Below are positions 50,480 through 63,663 of a DNA stretch of 64,000 bases, piece after piece. This stretch comes from Eledone cirrhosa (lineage: Eukaryota). The DNA lies in the NCBI GenBank assembly GCA_964016885.1, contig OZ024752.1, forward strand, positions 6,138,001 to 6,202,000, given 5' to 3'. Position numbers and translations under genes: made by a program. Below the pieces are notes generated by a model that saw only the letters and a program-made list of their open reading frames with translations, was not told the origin of the DNA and ran no database searches. How positions within the stretch are numbered: position 1 is the stretch's first letter; each line of letters starts with the position of its first letter.

Positions 50480-50978
50480 ACTACTACTACACACGCACAC
50501 ACACGCACACGCACGCACGCACGCACGCACGCGCGCGCGCGCATATAGTCTGTATATCTATCTAGAGAATAGCTAGAAAACTTTGGCAGACAATATCAGA
50601 AAGAGAAAAAATATATATATATCAGAAAGAGAGAGAAAACCAGTAAAAATCTCGTGTGACGAGAATTGCCGTATATGTCGACTAGTTGTGATGAAAGGAA
50701 TGCAACAGTCAGCACATTAGCTGCTGGCAAAGAGAGAAAGAAATGCAGGAATAACAGACGACTAACTATAATAGTGAGGTAGATATTACAGTCAGCCATC
50801 TCGTATATTATATTGTATATTATATTTTATACTAAAACTATATTAGTGAGGTAGATATTACAGTCAGCCGTATAGTACATTATATTGTATACTAAAACTA
50901 TATTAGTAAGGTAGCCATATTATATATTGTATTGTATACTAAAACGCTGAAGTGTTCTCTGAATTCGCAATTGTACAC

Positions 50979-51847
50979 ATTTAACACCCTTGGCCAGCTC
51001 TGCAATGTGTACCTGGGTATTTAACACCCTTGGCCAGCTCTGCAATGTGCACCTGGGTATTTAACACCCGAGGGTAGCTCTACAATGTGTACCTGGGTAT
51101 TTAACACTTTAGGCTAGCTCTACAATGTGTACCTGAGTATTTAACATTCTAGGCTAGCTCTACAATGTGTACCTGAGTATTTAACACCCTAGGGTAGCTC
51201 TACAATGTGTACCTGAGTATTTAACATTCTAGGCTAGCTCTACAATGTGTACCTGGGTATTTAACACTTTAGGCTAGCTCTACAATGTGTACCTGAGTAT
51301 TTAACATTCTAGGCTAGCTCTACAATGTGTGCCTGAGTATTTAACACCCTAGGGTAGCTCTACAATGTGTACCTGAGTATTTAACATTCTAGGCTAGCTC
51401 TACAATGTGTACCTGAGTATTTAACACCCTAGGGTAGCTCTACAATGTGTACCTGAGTATTTAACATTCTAGGCTAGCTCTACAATGTGTACCTGGGTAT
51501 TTAACACTTTAGGCTAGCTCTACAATGTGTACCTGGGTATTTAACACCCTTGGCCAGCTCTGCAATGTGCACCTGGGTATTTAACACCCGAGGGTAGCTC
51601 TACAATGTGTACCTGGGTATTTAACACTTTAGGCTAGCTCTACAATGTGTACCTGAGTATTTAACATTCTAGGCTAGCTCTACAATGTGTACCTGAGTAT
51701 TTAACATTCTAGGCTAGCTCTACAATGTGTACCTGAGTATTTAACACCCTAGGGTAGCTCTACAATGTGTACCTGAGTATTTAACATTCTAGGCTAGCTC
51801 TACAATGTGTACCTGGGTATTTAACACCCTAGGTTAGCTCTACAATG
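50979..51847. repeat. Minisatellite, 40-bp unit, ~22 copies
   Basis: Unit ATTTAACACCCTAGGGTAGCTCTACAATGTGTACCTGAGT with several variant types; diverged relatives at 52715-52925(+) and 6232-6310(-). Confidence 0.95.
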
Positions 51848-51974
51848 AGCACATCCTTCTCTCAACTATGCGCCCTATCCTCCTGAATAACATAATTTCC
51901 ATCTATAGCTTGATAAACTGACGAACTTAGTTTTTTTACATTTCTTACTCCAACCTCACTGAAACTCTCCCTCG

Positions 51975-52643
51975 ATCTTGGGGAGGGAAAGTCGATTAAA
52001 TCGACCCCAGTGCATTACTGGTACTTTATTTATCGATCCCCGTAAGGATGAAAGACAAAGCCAACATCGGTGTGATTTGAACTCAGAACATAAAGGGCCG
52101 TGACTATATGCCGCATGTTGTATATATAATATGGTATGATATGGTTCCATAACTCCTGATAGAGTGGTAGGGAAGCCATATTGACATACGGCGCTTCTTG
52201 GGCGGAGCCCATCCCTCTCCAGGCCTCAGTACAGCAGATTTCTTCCAGAGAAAGATAGAAAGTGAGAGAGAGGAAATGAGAAAGAGATATAGAGGAAGAA
52301 TCGACCCCAGTACTAGACTGGTACTTTTTTTTATCGACCTCGAAAGGATGAAAGGTAAAGTTGACCTCGGCGGGATTTGGACTCAGAGAGTCGGAACGAA
52401 TACTATAAAGCATTCTATCTGACGCTCTAACGACTCTGCCAATTCGCCGCCTGTATATATAATTGTTTCTACTTTTGGCACAAGGCCAGCAATTATCTCA
52501 GTGCATTACTGGTACTTTATTTTATCGACCCCGTAAGGATGAAAAGCAAAGTTAACCTCGGCGGGATTTGAACTCAGAATGGCAAGGACCGTAACTCTAT
52601 GCGTCAAAGCATGGCGTCCGACCCTCTACCGATACTGCCAATC
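51975..52643 (-). mobile_element. Three SINE family B copies (51975-52120, 52140-52452 with extended tail, 52460-52643)
   Basis: Repeated ACTGGTACTTT...TATCGA...GGATGAAA...GATTTGAACTCAGA blocks. Confidence 0.8.
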
Positions 52644-53119
52644 CCATGCAAATAAATCTATTCCACATGTCATCACCGTAAATAAAACTTAAGGGTCAGT
52701 CCACTTCGTAGTCCCGGCTAGCTCTACTATGTGTACCTAGGTATTTAACACCTAGACTAGTTCTACAATGTGTACCTGGGTATTTAACACCCAAGGCTGA
52801 TTCTACAAAGTGTATCTGGATAGTTAACACCCTAGACTAGTTCTACAAAGTGTATCTGGGTATTCAACACCTTTGGCTCACTATAATATGTATTTCTGGG
52901 TATTTAACACCCTAGGCTAATTCTATATAAATGAAACTAAAGGGTCAGTCCACTTCGTAGTCCAGGTCGACACGATGGAGAAAACATTGCCACAGAAATA
53001 GAACTAAATCCTTTCAAATTGTTGATTATTTTCAAAATGATTTAAAAATCATAGGCTGAGTCTTTCATTAGAAATATGAGAAGGAAAGGGTTAAGAAATA
53101 TAAACAAAACAAAACATGG

Positions 53120-53305
53120 GTTGGCGGTGTCGGTAGAGGGTCGGACGCCATGCTTTGCAGCAAAGAGTTACGGCCCTTTATGGTCTGAGTTCAAATCCCG
53201 CCGAGGTTAACTTTGCCTGTCATCCTTACGGGGTCGATAAAATAAAGTACCAGTAATACGCTGGTATAATTGCTGGCCTTGTGCCAAAAGTAGAAACAAT
53301 TATTA
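53120..53305 (+). mobile_element. SINE family B
   Basis: Head TGGCGGTGTCGGTAGAGGG...GAGTTCAAATCCC and family core. Confidence 0.85.
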
Positions 53306-54094
53306 TCGAAATAAATGGCCAGGTAGGCAGACAGACAGATATTTGGCAATGAAACAAAATATCGAGAATTACTGAGTGAGAAAATTGAAAGGATTTAATC
53401 AGCAGGCAGTGCATGGAAGGCAAAGAGTATGAAGGCTGTAAAGAGTGGTTCATTGGTAAGATCTAATTTTGGCTTAGCTTGTGAAGTCAGCGAGAAATAT
53501 GATAGCTTCTTCCGAGCAGGTTTACAATCTGTTAGCAATGTGACATATCTAGGGGAATTCGGCATATTCCTTCCTCGTTCTTATAACAAACCAGTCTTTT
53601 ATTTATTTATTTTAGTAGTAATTGGGACCTTATTATATATATATATATTTATATATGTGAATTTCTGTTTATATATATATATATATAAATGAAAATATCG
53701 AAATTATTGTGAGCAAGAAGCCAACAGTATTTCATAATATAAAAGTGACTATAACGTCAAAATGGAAAATAATTAACGTAAGATATATATATTTATTTAT
53801 TTATTTATTTTATAACAGCTCACACCTATGTAAGTTCAGCTGGCCTCCTACCGGGTTATATCTCATGGTTTCTGGTGTGTTAAAAGATAGGGACTGAAGC
53901 CATATCATGTTGTTTAGGCTCACGCCTATCTAAGTTCAGCTGGCCTCCTACTAAGTTATATCTTGCGAGATGGTATGGCTCTTCCAGCGCATCTCCCTTA
54001 CCATCCTCCGGGGAAACGCCTTCTCCATTCTGTTAGCCGAGGCCGTGGGGCGGCCAGCACGTGGGACCCCATGTGTTCATAATAGAGACACATA

Positions 54095-54643
54095 GGGAGG
54101 GCAAGAGAGATGGAGGCGATGACAGTGGGAGTTTGGCTCCTCTGTGCTCGGACCTGGTGTGCATGAGAGAGATGGGGAGGGCAAGAGAGATGGAGGCGAC
54201 GACAGTGGGAGTTTGGCTCCTCTGTGTTCCGACCTGGTGTGCATGAGAGAGATGGGGAGGGCAAGAGAGATGGAGGCGATGACAGTGGGAGTTTGGCTCC
54301 TCTGTGTTCCGACCTGGTGTGCATGAGAGAGATGGGGAGGGCAAGAGAGATGGAGGCGATGACAGTGGGAGTTTGGCTCCTCTGTGCTCGGACCTGGTGT
54401 ACATGAGAGAGATGGGGAGGGCAAGAGAGATGGAGGCGATGACAGTGGGAGTTTGGCTCCTCTGTGCTCGGACCTGGTGTACATGAGAGAGATGGGGAGG
54501 GCGAGAGAGATGGAGGCGATGACAGTGGGAGTTTGGCTCCTCTGTGCTCGGACCTGGTGTACATGAGAGAGATGGGGAGGGCGAGAGAGATGGAGGCGAT
54601 GACAGTGGGAGTTTGGCTCCTCTGTGTTCCGACCTGGTGTGCA
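54095..54643. repeat. Minisatellite, 80-bp unit, ~7 copies
   Basis: Unit GGGAGGGCAAGAGAGATGGAGGCGATGACAGTGGGAGTTTGGCTCCTCTGTGCTCGGACCTGGTGTGCATGAGAGAGATG. Confidence 0.95.
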
Positions 54644-55658
54644 ACGACAGTTAGCCGTTAGGGGGTCCTAGATACTAATGTATTATGAGAGTGGTTACTA
54701 GTATTATTAGGTACAATACTGTTAAAAATATCAACTGGTTGTCAAGTTGAGTATCAAATATATTTGAATGTTTAGCTTATTGTTCTTTGTCCACCAGTTT
54801 ATGGTTAATATCTCGTTGTTTCTCGTGTGTTTAAATGGTAGGGACTCAAGCCATACCTTGTTGTTGTTGGTGTTGTTCACACCTATGTAGGTTTATCTGG
54901 CCTACTACCAGGTTAAGAAGATTTATTGGGTGTTGTTTAATGATAGGGACCCAGTAATATCGTGTTATTAAGGGTCACAACTATACAGTCATTTAAGGGT
55001 CACAACTATAGTCATATGTTATTAGGGGTCACAACTATACAGTCATGTTATTAGGGGTCACAACTATACAGGTTTAGCTGACCTCCGGGTTACATCTCAT
55101 GGTTTCTCGTGTGTAACGACAGAGGCGTCCCCAGGCGGATCATTTACCACCTCTACTGTTGATTATTTCTTTAGTAACGGAATACCCTCTCACTCATCCT
55201 CACACTCATCCCTACACTCATCCTCACACACACACTCATCCCTACACTCATCCTCACACACACACTCATCCTCACACACACACTCATCCTCACACTAATC
55301 TTCATCCTCACACTCACCCTCACCCTCACACTCACCCTCACACTCACACTCACACTCACACTCACCCTCCACCTCCTCATCTCTATGCTGTTTACCTTCA
55401 ATAGTAGTTGTTAGTGGTGGTCTACTGTTTGTAGCAGCAGTAGTAGTAGTAGTTGTGGTAGTAGTACTAGTAGCAGTAGTGGTAGTTGTATTAGTAGTGG
55501 TTGTAGTAGTAGCAGCAGTAGTAGTAGTACTAGTTGCTACCACCAGATGATACGTTGTGTTACATTCCGTTCTGCTATGCCGAGATCTTCACAACATCAA
55601 ATCAACACCTCCAACCTTTTCAGCATTCTTTATTATATTGCCTCTAAAATATAAACTG

Positions 55659-55967
55659 TTTTAACCCCCTTTTTATAGCAAGCCCCTTGTAACCCATCCT
55701 ATCTTTAAAACACGTTAGTTTTAACCCCTTTTTATAGCAAGCCCCTTGTAACCCATCCTATCTTTAAAACACGTTAGTTTTAACCCCTTTTTATAGCAAG
55801 CCACTTGTAACCCACCCTATCTTTAAAACACGTTAGTTTTAACCCCTTTTTATAGCAAGCCCCTTGTAACCCATCCTATCTTTAAAAGACGGTCTAACCC
55901 CCTTTTTATAACAAGCCCCTTGTAATTGATCCTTTCATTAAAAGACGTTTTAACCCTTTTCATAGCA
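55659..55967. repeat. Minisatellite, 59-bp unit, ~5 copies
   Basis: TTTTAACCCCTTTTTATAGCAAGCCCCTTGTAACCCATCCTATCTTTAAAACACGTTAG, decaying rightward. Confidence 0.9.
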
Positions 55968-57322
55968 AAGTGTCTGAAACCATCCTTGGCTCTATCATAC
56001 AAAGCTCTTTATTTTGAAGTGTTTATATTTAGCTGTGAATGTGCAGCTGATTGGTGAGAGAACTGAATTCGCGATCATGAGGTTGTGAGTTCGATTCCTG
56101 AACCGGGCGATGCGTTATGTCCTTGAGCAAGACACTTTATTCACGTTGCTCCTTCTACCTGGAGTTGCGACCAGTAGATAGTACTAGCAATTGGAAAGAC
56201 TAACGGAAACATTGTTTCCTCGGTCCGATTTGACGAAAGTCGATCGATTTACTATATTTAGCTAAGAGCCTTTCATCATAATTTTATGTAAGATCCTTTG
56301 TTAAGTTATATTCCAATCACCAGATTAACAATGAGAACGTTAGTTATATTACTAAATCCTTTCAAATTCTTGATTATTTTCAAACTGGCCTGAAAATCAT
56401 AGTTAGTGTCTTTCTTTAGAAATATGGTAACGAAACAATTTTTACAATTTAAATAATCAATTTGTCTGAGCTTCTCATATCTTCCCCCAAAACAGACGAT
56501 TCGCAACGGTTTTATCAGAATACTAAAGACTTTATCATTTCCATTACCATATTTCTGATGAAAGATACTGTCTAATCATTTTGACAATAATCAAGAATTT
56601 GGAGAAATGTAGTGTTCTAGCTAACTTTCTCATTATTAAATTTGTATTTGTGACACAACAATGGTTCTTTACATAAAATTATGATAGAAGATAAATATAT
56701 ATACTTTCAAATAAAACTCTTAAAGCGTTTTTAAAATGTATACATTTTTTTTAGCATATTTTTAATGAAAAACACTGCCTATTATTTTTAAAGAATTTAG
56801 AGGTGTTTGATAGCCTAACGAATTTTATCAACTTTATCATTATTTGGTTGGTGTTTGGAGCATAACAAAGGTTCTTACATAAGATTATGGTGAAATATTT
56901 GTTGCTAAATATAAACACTTTAAAATAAACCACTTTGTATTGTAGAACCAGGGATGGTTTCTTATCAAAAGTGTTAATTATTGTGGCACTCTTTCTGGGG
57001 TGACATTTATGAGAGTTTTCGAGGTGTTGATAGTTCGCACTCCGGGAGGCACAGGCCCTATCTACGGCACTGGGTGGTCCGTAACCCAGTAATATTCCTA
57101 ATGAGTCTCGTATCAAAATAGTTGTAAATTAGTGAAGATCTACGAAAATTTGAAATTCTTTCTGGCGTTCCAAGAGATTTCTTTCAAAGAATTCTTTCTC
57201 CAGTTTCCTTAATTATCAAGTTTGTTGTGAAGTTGATGTCTGCTGATTACTGTTATTCATCATTGAACCATGATTGTTGGTTAGTTACGTCTGGCTAGAC
57301 GACCTTATAACGTTTCAGAAAA

Positions 57323-57377
<55 letters not shown>

Positions 57378-57410
57378 ACTTGCTATACACGCACTCACAT
57401 ACGCGCGCGA

Positions 57411-57462
<52 letters not shown>

Positions 57463-57475
57463 ACGCACACACACA

Positions 57476-57808
57476 AACGAATTAGCAGAGTCGTTAGAAC
57501 GCCGGGTAGAATGATTATGGTATTCATTCCAGTTCTCTGTTCTATTTGAGTTCAAAGGTCAACTTTGCCTTTCATCCTTTCGAAATCGATATAAAAAAAA
57601 AGGTACCAGTCTAGTACTGGGGTGGATTCTTCCTCTCCCTCTCTTCCTCATTCCCTCTCCCTCTCACTTTCTATCTTTCTCTGAAAGAAATCTGCTGTAC
57701 TCAGAACTGGCGAGGGATGGGCTCCAGCAGGTTTAAAATTGCCAAGAAACGCCGTATGTCAATATGGCGCCCACACGACTCTATCAGGAGTTACAGGACC
57801 ATACCATG
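57476..57808 (+). mobile_element. SINE family B variant with ~180-bp extended tail
   Basis: Collinear with the reverse complement of 52140-52452, including the non-standard tail. Confidence 0.7.
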
Positions 57809-58121
57809 TGTGGGGGGGGGGGGACCCGACGGCTGAGCTCCTACCGTTTCAACAGCTATTTCCGTTGAATCCTTCATATTACCCACTCTACTACCCAAAA
57901 TATTGAGTACTCTGGTGGAGTAATGGTCTAACAGGTTCTTACTGCATCCATTCTGACACATATGAAGGAGCATTGCTGAGTGGTTAGAGAATTGGATTCG
58001 GAATCGTGAGGTTGTGAGTTCGATTCCCGGACCGGGCGATGCATTATGTCCTTGAGCAAGACATTTTATTTCACATTGCTCAGTCTTTCCTTGGTCCGAT
58101 TTGACGAAAGTCGATCGACTG

Positions 58122-58174
<53 letters not shown>

Positions 58175-58899
58175 GAAAGGTATAGAAAGTATTGTAGCAA
58201 GAAGCCAACAGTATTCCACATATATATCGACAGTCGATCTTTGGAGAGTCGATTTTTGGAAACTCTGCTTCGTAGAATCGAGACATAGCTGAGGCCCTTG
58301 CGATTTCAGAGTCAGGTTCGATCGTTACATCGATCGTGCCTCGAGCTGGTCGCCAGAGAAACGATTGTAATATGTCTAGTAAATTTTATTCGTCGCACCA
58401 CTGATTCTCCGTTTCTTATGTGATATATACATACATACATATATATATATATATAGGAACGAGTAAGACCCCGACGGCTGAGCTCAAGCCGTTTCTACTA
58501 CCCTAAGTATTGAGTACTTTGGTGCGTTATGGTCCATCTGGTTCCTTACCACATTTCCTTCGTTATATATATATATATATATATATATATTCATTCACGG
58601 GTGTCTTCTGTGATTTTAAAACGAAAGATTATCAAACTCAATTAATCTGTAGAAGATATATTATCGATGTAAACATTGTTACGATAAATATAGAAAATGG
58701 GAGACATAGAGAGGAAGAAAGAGAAGGGAGAGTGAGAGGGGGAGTTGAAAAGAGAGAGAGATTTCAAAGTGAGGGGGTGAGCCATAGAGAAGAGGAGGGG
58801 ATTTTGATTGTTCAGCAGATGTCGTTAGTCATGAAGAAGAAGAAGAAGAAGAAGAAAGATTATTTTTCGTGATTAAACTGATTACGTTATAAGGTGAAG

Positions 58900-59092
58900 T
58901 AATAATTGTTTCTATTTTTTGGCACAAGGCCAGCAATTAACCCAGTGTATTACTGGTACTTTATTTTATCGACGTCGTAAGGATGAAAGGCAAAGTTAAC
59001 CTCAACGGGATTTGAACTCAGACCGTAAAGGGCCATAACTCTATGCTGCAAAGTATGTTGTCCGACGCGCTACCGATTCTGCCAATCCACCG
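58900..59092 (-). mobile_element. SINE family B
   Basis: Family core in reverse orientation. Confidence 0.85.
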
Positions 59093-59251
59093 ACCTTGAA
59101 GTAATAATGGTGTATTTTACTGTTTAAAATTATTTTTACTGTGGTTTTGTGTGATCCCCGCCACCATCCCGACATTGCGTTGCTTCATTCTTTTTCTTTT
59201 TCTTCTTTTTCATTTCCTTTTTCCTTTATTCCCTTAATAGTGTGTTTAATA

Positions 59252-59475
59252 GGGCGGTGGATTGGCATAATCGGTAGAGCGTCGGACACCATGCTTAGCG
59301 GCATAGAGATACGGTCCTTTACGTTCTCAGTTCAAATCCCGCAGAGGTTAGCTTTGCCTTTCAACTTTACGGAGGTCGATAAAATAAAGTACCAGTAACA
59401 CACTGGGGTCGATTTAATCGACTTCCCGCCCCTCTCCCTAAATTGTTGGTTTTCCGCCTAAATTAGAAACCATTA
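59252..59475 (+). mobile_element. SINE family B (tRNA-derived), full-length reference copy
   Basis: GGCGGTGGATTGGCATAATCGGTAGAGCG (A-box-like)...GTTCAAATCCC (B-box-like)...CTTTGCCTTTCA...GTCGATAAAATAAAGTACCAGT...TAGAAACCATTA. More decayed copies at ~16400-16615(-), 17095-17165(+), 62040-62190(-), 63441-63582(+). Confidence 0.9.
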
Positions 59476-59875
59476 TAGGATATTAAAATAAAAACATAAA
59501 CTTCGATTTTAGAATAAAATCGATTAATCTAACCGAAAAAAATTCATAAATAATTGAAGCAAAAGAAGGTCCAATTGGTTGAAAGAGAATCCCTGATCTG
59601 TGTTAAGATCTTATGTAGGATGGAGACGTCTCAAGTCTTGTAACTCCAAATCTGGTGCCTGTTTGGCATCAGTGTTTGGTGCCAACAACTACATTCTGTA
59701 GAAATGCCATCTGCATTCAACCAGCAATGTCTGGAACAATATTCCGGAAACCAGAGTCGACAATGGAATCCAAGCGTTTACATAAATAACTAATGTCATT
59801 AGCTCTCTCTCTCTCTCTGTATATATATATATATATCTATATACGTATATATATATATATATATATATATATAGG

Positions 59876-59913
<38 letters not shown>

Positions 59914-59921
59914 TATATAGG

Positions 59922-59965
<44 letters not shown>

Positions 59966-59989
59966 TATGTATGTATATATATATATATA

Positions 59990-60290
59990 CTTTTTGGTAA
60001 ATATCATCTTGGTTAAGAGAGTGGGACTGGCTTTGTGCAGTGCCTTTGCTCACTATAAAAGCTTCACGGCACAGGCATTGCTTTATATCTGGAGATCTCT
60101 CTGCACTTGTCGTCACATGGTACGATGGGCCCAGCACTAAGTGTCAATAATTGTCACAGGTGTAGTGTTTGTACCAGAGTTTTCAAGTCGCTGGCTGGAC
60201 TAAAAAGTCACACTTGTTCAGCGCATCGGTAGGGGTTCTCCTACATGGATATAAAGTAGTGGTCGTACTCGAAAACGAGTTGGCAGCCAC

Positions 60291-60293
<3 letters not shown>
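59990..60293 (+). mobile_element. Probable LINE (RTE-like) 3' end with C2H2 finger
   Basis: 60155-60232 reads [25 protein letters not shown], followed by a short 3' UTR with a small hairpin (ACTCG-aaaa-CGAGT) running into a microsatellite. Confidence 0.55.
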
Positions 60294-60330
<37 letters not shown>

Positions 60331-60360
60331 TATGTATATATATATATATATATATATAGG

Positions 60361-60396
<36 letters not shown>

Positions 60397-60446
60397 TATG
60401 TATATACATATATAGGTATGTATATATATATATATATATATATAGG

Positions 60447-60484
<38 letters not shown>

Positions 60485-61010
60485 TATGTATATACATATA
60501 TAGGTATGTATATATATATATATAGATATGTGTATATATATATATATATAGATATGTATATATATATATATATAGGTATGTATATATATATATAGGTATG
60601 TATATATATATATATATATGTGTATATATATATATATATAGATATGTATATATATATATATATAGGTATGTATATATATATATATATATATATATACTTA
60701 TATATATACTTTTTGGTAAATATCATCTTGGTTAAGAGAGTGGGACTGGCTTTGTGCAGTGCCTTTGCACTATATATATATATATAGGTATGTATATATA
60801 TATATATATATAGGTATGTATATATATATAGGTATGTATATATATATATATATAGGTATGTATATATATATATATATAGGTATGTATATATATATATATA
60901 TAGGTATGTTTATATATATATATATAGTTATGTATATATATATATATATAGTTATGTATATATATATATATATATATAGGTATGTATATATATATATATA
61001 TATATATAGT

Positions 61011-61048
<38 letters not shown>

Positions 61049-61232
61049 TGTATATATATATATATAGTTATGTATATATATATATATAGGTATGTATATA
61101 TATATATATAGGTATGTATGTATATGTATATATATATAGGTATGTATGTATATGTATATATATATAGGTATGTATGTATATATATATAGGTATGTATGTA
61201 TGTATATATATATATATATATATAGGTATGTA

Positions 61233-61267
<35 letters not shown>

Positions 61268-61309
61268 GTATGTATATATATATATATATTTATGTATGTA
61301 TATGTATAC

Positions 61310-61353
<44 letters not shown>

Positions 61354-61450
61354 ATGTCTATATATATGTATGTATATGTCTATATATATATATATATATG
61401 TATGTATATGTATACGTGTACACACACATACATATATACATATATATATA
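60294..61450. repeat. (TA)n microsatellite with recurring GGTATG interruptions
   Basis: Directly visible; also 59820-59989. Confidence 0.95.
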
Positions 61451-61719
61451 ACGAAGGGGTTAAACATTTTCCTATAAATAAATATTTATAAACCTTTAAC
61501 TCTCTCTATTACTCACTCGCCCTTTCTCTCTCTTTTTCTCTATATCTGTCTCTCTGTCTGTCTGTCTGTCTGTCTTTGTAGTTCTAAATTTATCTTTGAT
61601 CAATAAGTTTACATTTAAAGATCTTACACAGTAAATGATGACTAAAACACTTAAAACACTCATAAAATGTTTAAAATAGCTCCATTTAAAATGTTTGTCG
61701 GACTCAGAGAATCTCAAAA

Positions 61720-61960
61720 CCTATCTTATGGCACCTGCCTCAACGATTTGCGCAGTTTCTCAAAATGTCAAATGTCCTCAAAAATGAACCCTGAAAGAGG
61801 ACTTCACCAAGTTGAGTTTGAAGGAGTTCCTACTTCAATCCAAATAGCAACAGAATTTGGTATTTTAAGGAGGAATTCTTCATGAATATATTTCAAAGAG
61901 GATTTACAAGAATTTCAGCAACGTCGGCTCAGAAGCCTCGTCACAGAGTGATGTATTAAA
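61720..61960 (+). mobile_element. Possible decayed mariner transposase C-terminal fragment
   Basis: EFEGVPTSIQIATEFGILRRNSS*IYFKEDLQEFQQRRLRSLVTE*C loosely resembles the mariner C-terminus (F...I......L..I....F...F..W..R...C....G.Y); by-eye only. Confidence 0.25.
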
Positions 61961-62829
61961 CTGTCAGCTTACACCAATATAGATAACAGTATAAGGATGG
62001 TGGGGATGATGATTTCGATGGCGGTGATTATGATGATGATTCCTACATTGGCACCGTGCCACATATATTTGTAGGGGAGGGGTATAATTGTTTTAGTACC
62101 TGTCTAGTATTTATTTAATCGAATGTAAAGGGACGAAAGGTGAACTTGATCCCAGCCAGATTCGAACCCAGATCCTATCGGGTCGTAACTAAATCCTAAA
62201 ACAACTCTAAAATCTGTCTCGAGCCCCGGATGCTCATCAGATCGGTGTTTATCCTGGTTTCTGTGGCATGAAATGACTGAGAGTACAAGACTTCCCCCTG
62301 GACAGGACGCCAGTCCATCACAGGGTTAAACTCCCAGCTATTGCTAGTACCTATTTCCTTTTCAGCTGAGTATACTGGAGCAATGTCAAATGAAATGTCT
62401 TTCTCAAGAACACAACATATGACTCAGTCCAGGAATCGAACCCACGACATTATGATCGTAAGTGCAACATCCTTACCACTAAATCCCCAAAGCCATATAT
62501 TCCGACTCAAGGACAGTTTCCTATGCTTGGAAAGGTCCTTTCAAACAGATGGTACTTCGGTTATACCATGAATTGGGTGTAAGATAACTTTACCCCTGGA
62601 GAGATTGCTAGTCTACTACAGGTTACTTGTGTGTGTGTGTGTGACAGCTCACACCTATGCAGGTTTAGCTGGCCTCCTCCAAGGTATATCTCGTTGGAGA
62701 TATACAAGTTACTTACCAAAGAATAAATAAATAAAATGAAACGCTATCAACGGATTGGATTGGTCATGCGTTTCCTTTTTATTTATTTATTTTTTTAAAG
62801 TCCTTATGAATTCATACATGTCTGTCAAA

Positions 62830-63069
62830 TGACTTGATCTAAGACTGTGTTGAAGCTGAAGTAATTACATCGTAGAAGAGTCATTTAAGTCACAGTTGAA
62901 CATGTCTGGTGACTTGATCTAAGACTGTGTTGAAGCTGAAGTAATTACATCGTAGAAGAGTCATTTAAGTCACAGTTGTACATGTCTGGTGACTTGATCT
63001 AAGACTGTGTTGAAGCTGAAGTAATTACATCGTAGAAGAGTCATTTAAGTCACAGTTGAACATGTCTGG
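62830..63069. repeat. Tandem repeat, 80-bp unit, 3 copies
   Basis: GACTTGATCTAAGACTGTG... starts at 62831, 62911, 62991. Confidence 0.95.
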
Positions 63070-63609
63070 CAGATGATTTGAACTATAGTAATTACAACAT
63101 GGTTGAGTCAGTTTAGCTTTTCAAAAACACAAAAACTGTTAACTTTATATTTATATATCATTTATTTCTTGACGTCAAATCTTTCGTCGCACTCTTTGCT
63201 ACCTGGTTCTTGACATACTTGTACTGTAACAATGGAAAGGTGTCACACGGTCCAGGCGTCGTATCCAATGCAGAGGCGACAATGTATTACAGACATTGTA
63301 CCAAAAAGGTACGAAGATTACAGACATTCCGACAGCGAACGATTGGAGCCAATGTCATCGGAAACTTGCACATAGCAAGGACACGACAGCTTTTTTATTT
63401 CAAACAAACCTGATAACGCTGTGGTAAGTTGACAAAATAAGGCGGCGAATTGGCAGAGGTGTTGAATGCTTTGCAGTATTTGTTCTGGCTCTCTACTCTC
63501 TCAGTTCAAATTCCGCCGAGGTCAGCTTTTTTTATCGACCTTAAATGGTCGATAAAAAAGTACCAGTCTAGTACAGGAGTCGGTTCTTCCTCTCTCTCTA
63601 TCTATCTAC

Positions 63610-63663
<54 letters not shown>

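Noticed and set aside
50600-50790. Possible first exon/promoter with a GAG|GTAGAT donor
   Set aside because: Composition is suggestive only; no linked coding exon could be identified.
53998-54661. Repetitive ORFs on both strands
   Set aside because: Products of the 80-bp minisatellite cycling through frames.
59252-59345. tRNA genes at A/B-box-like motifs
   Set aside because: No cloverleaf; always attached to SINE bodies.
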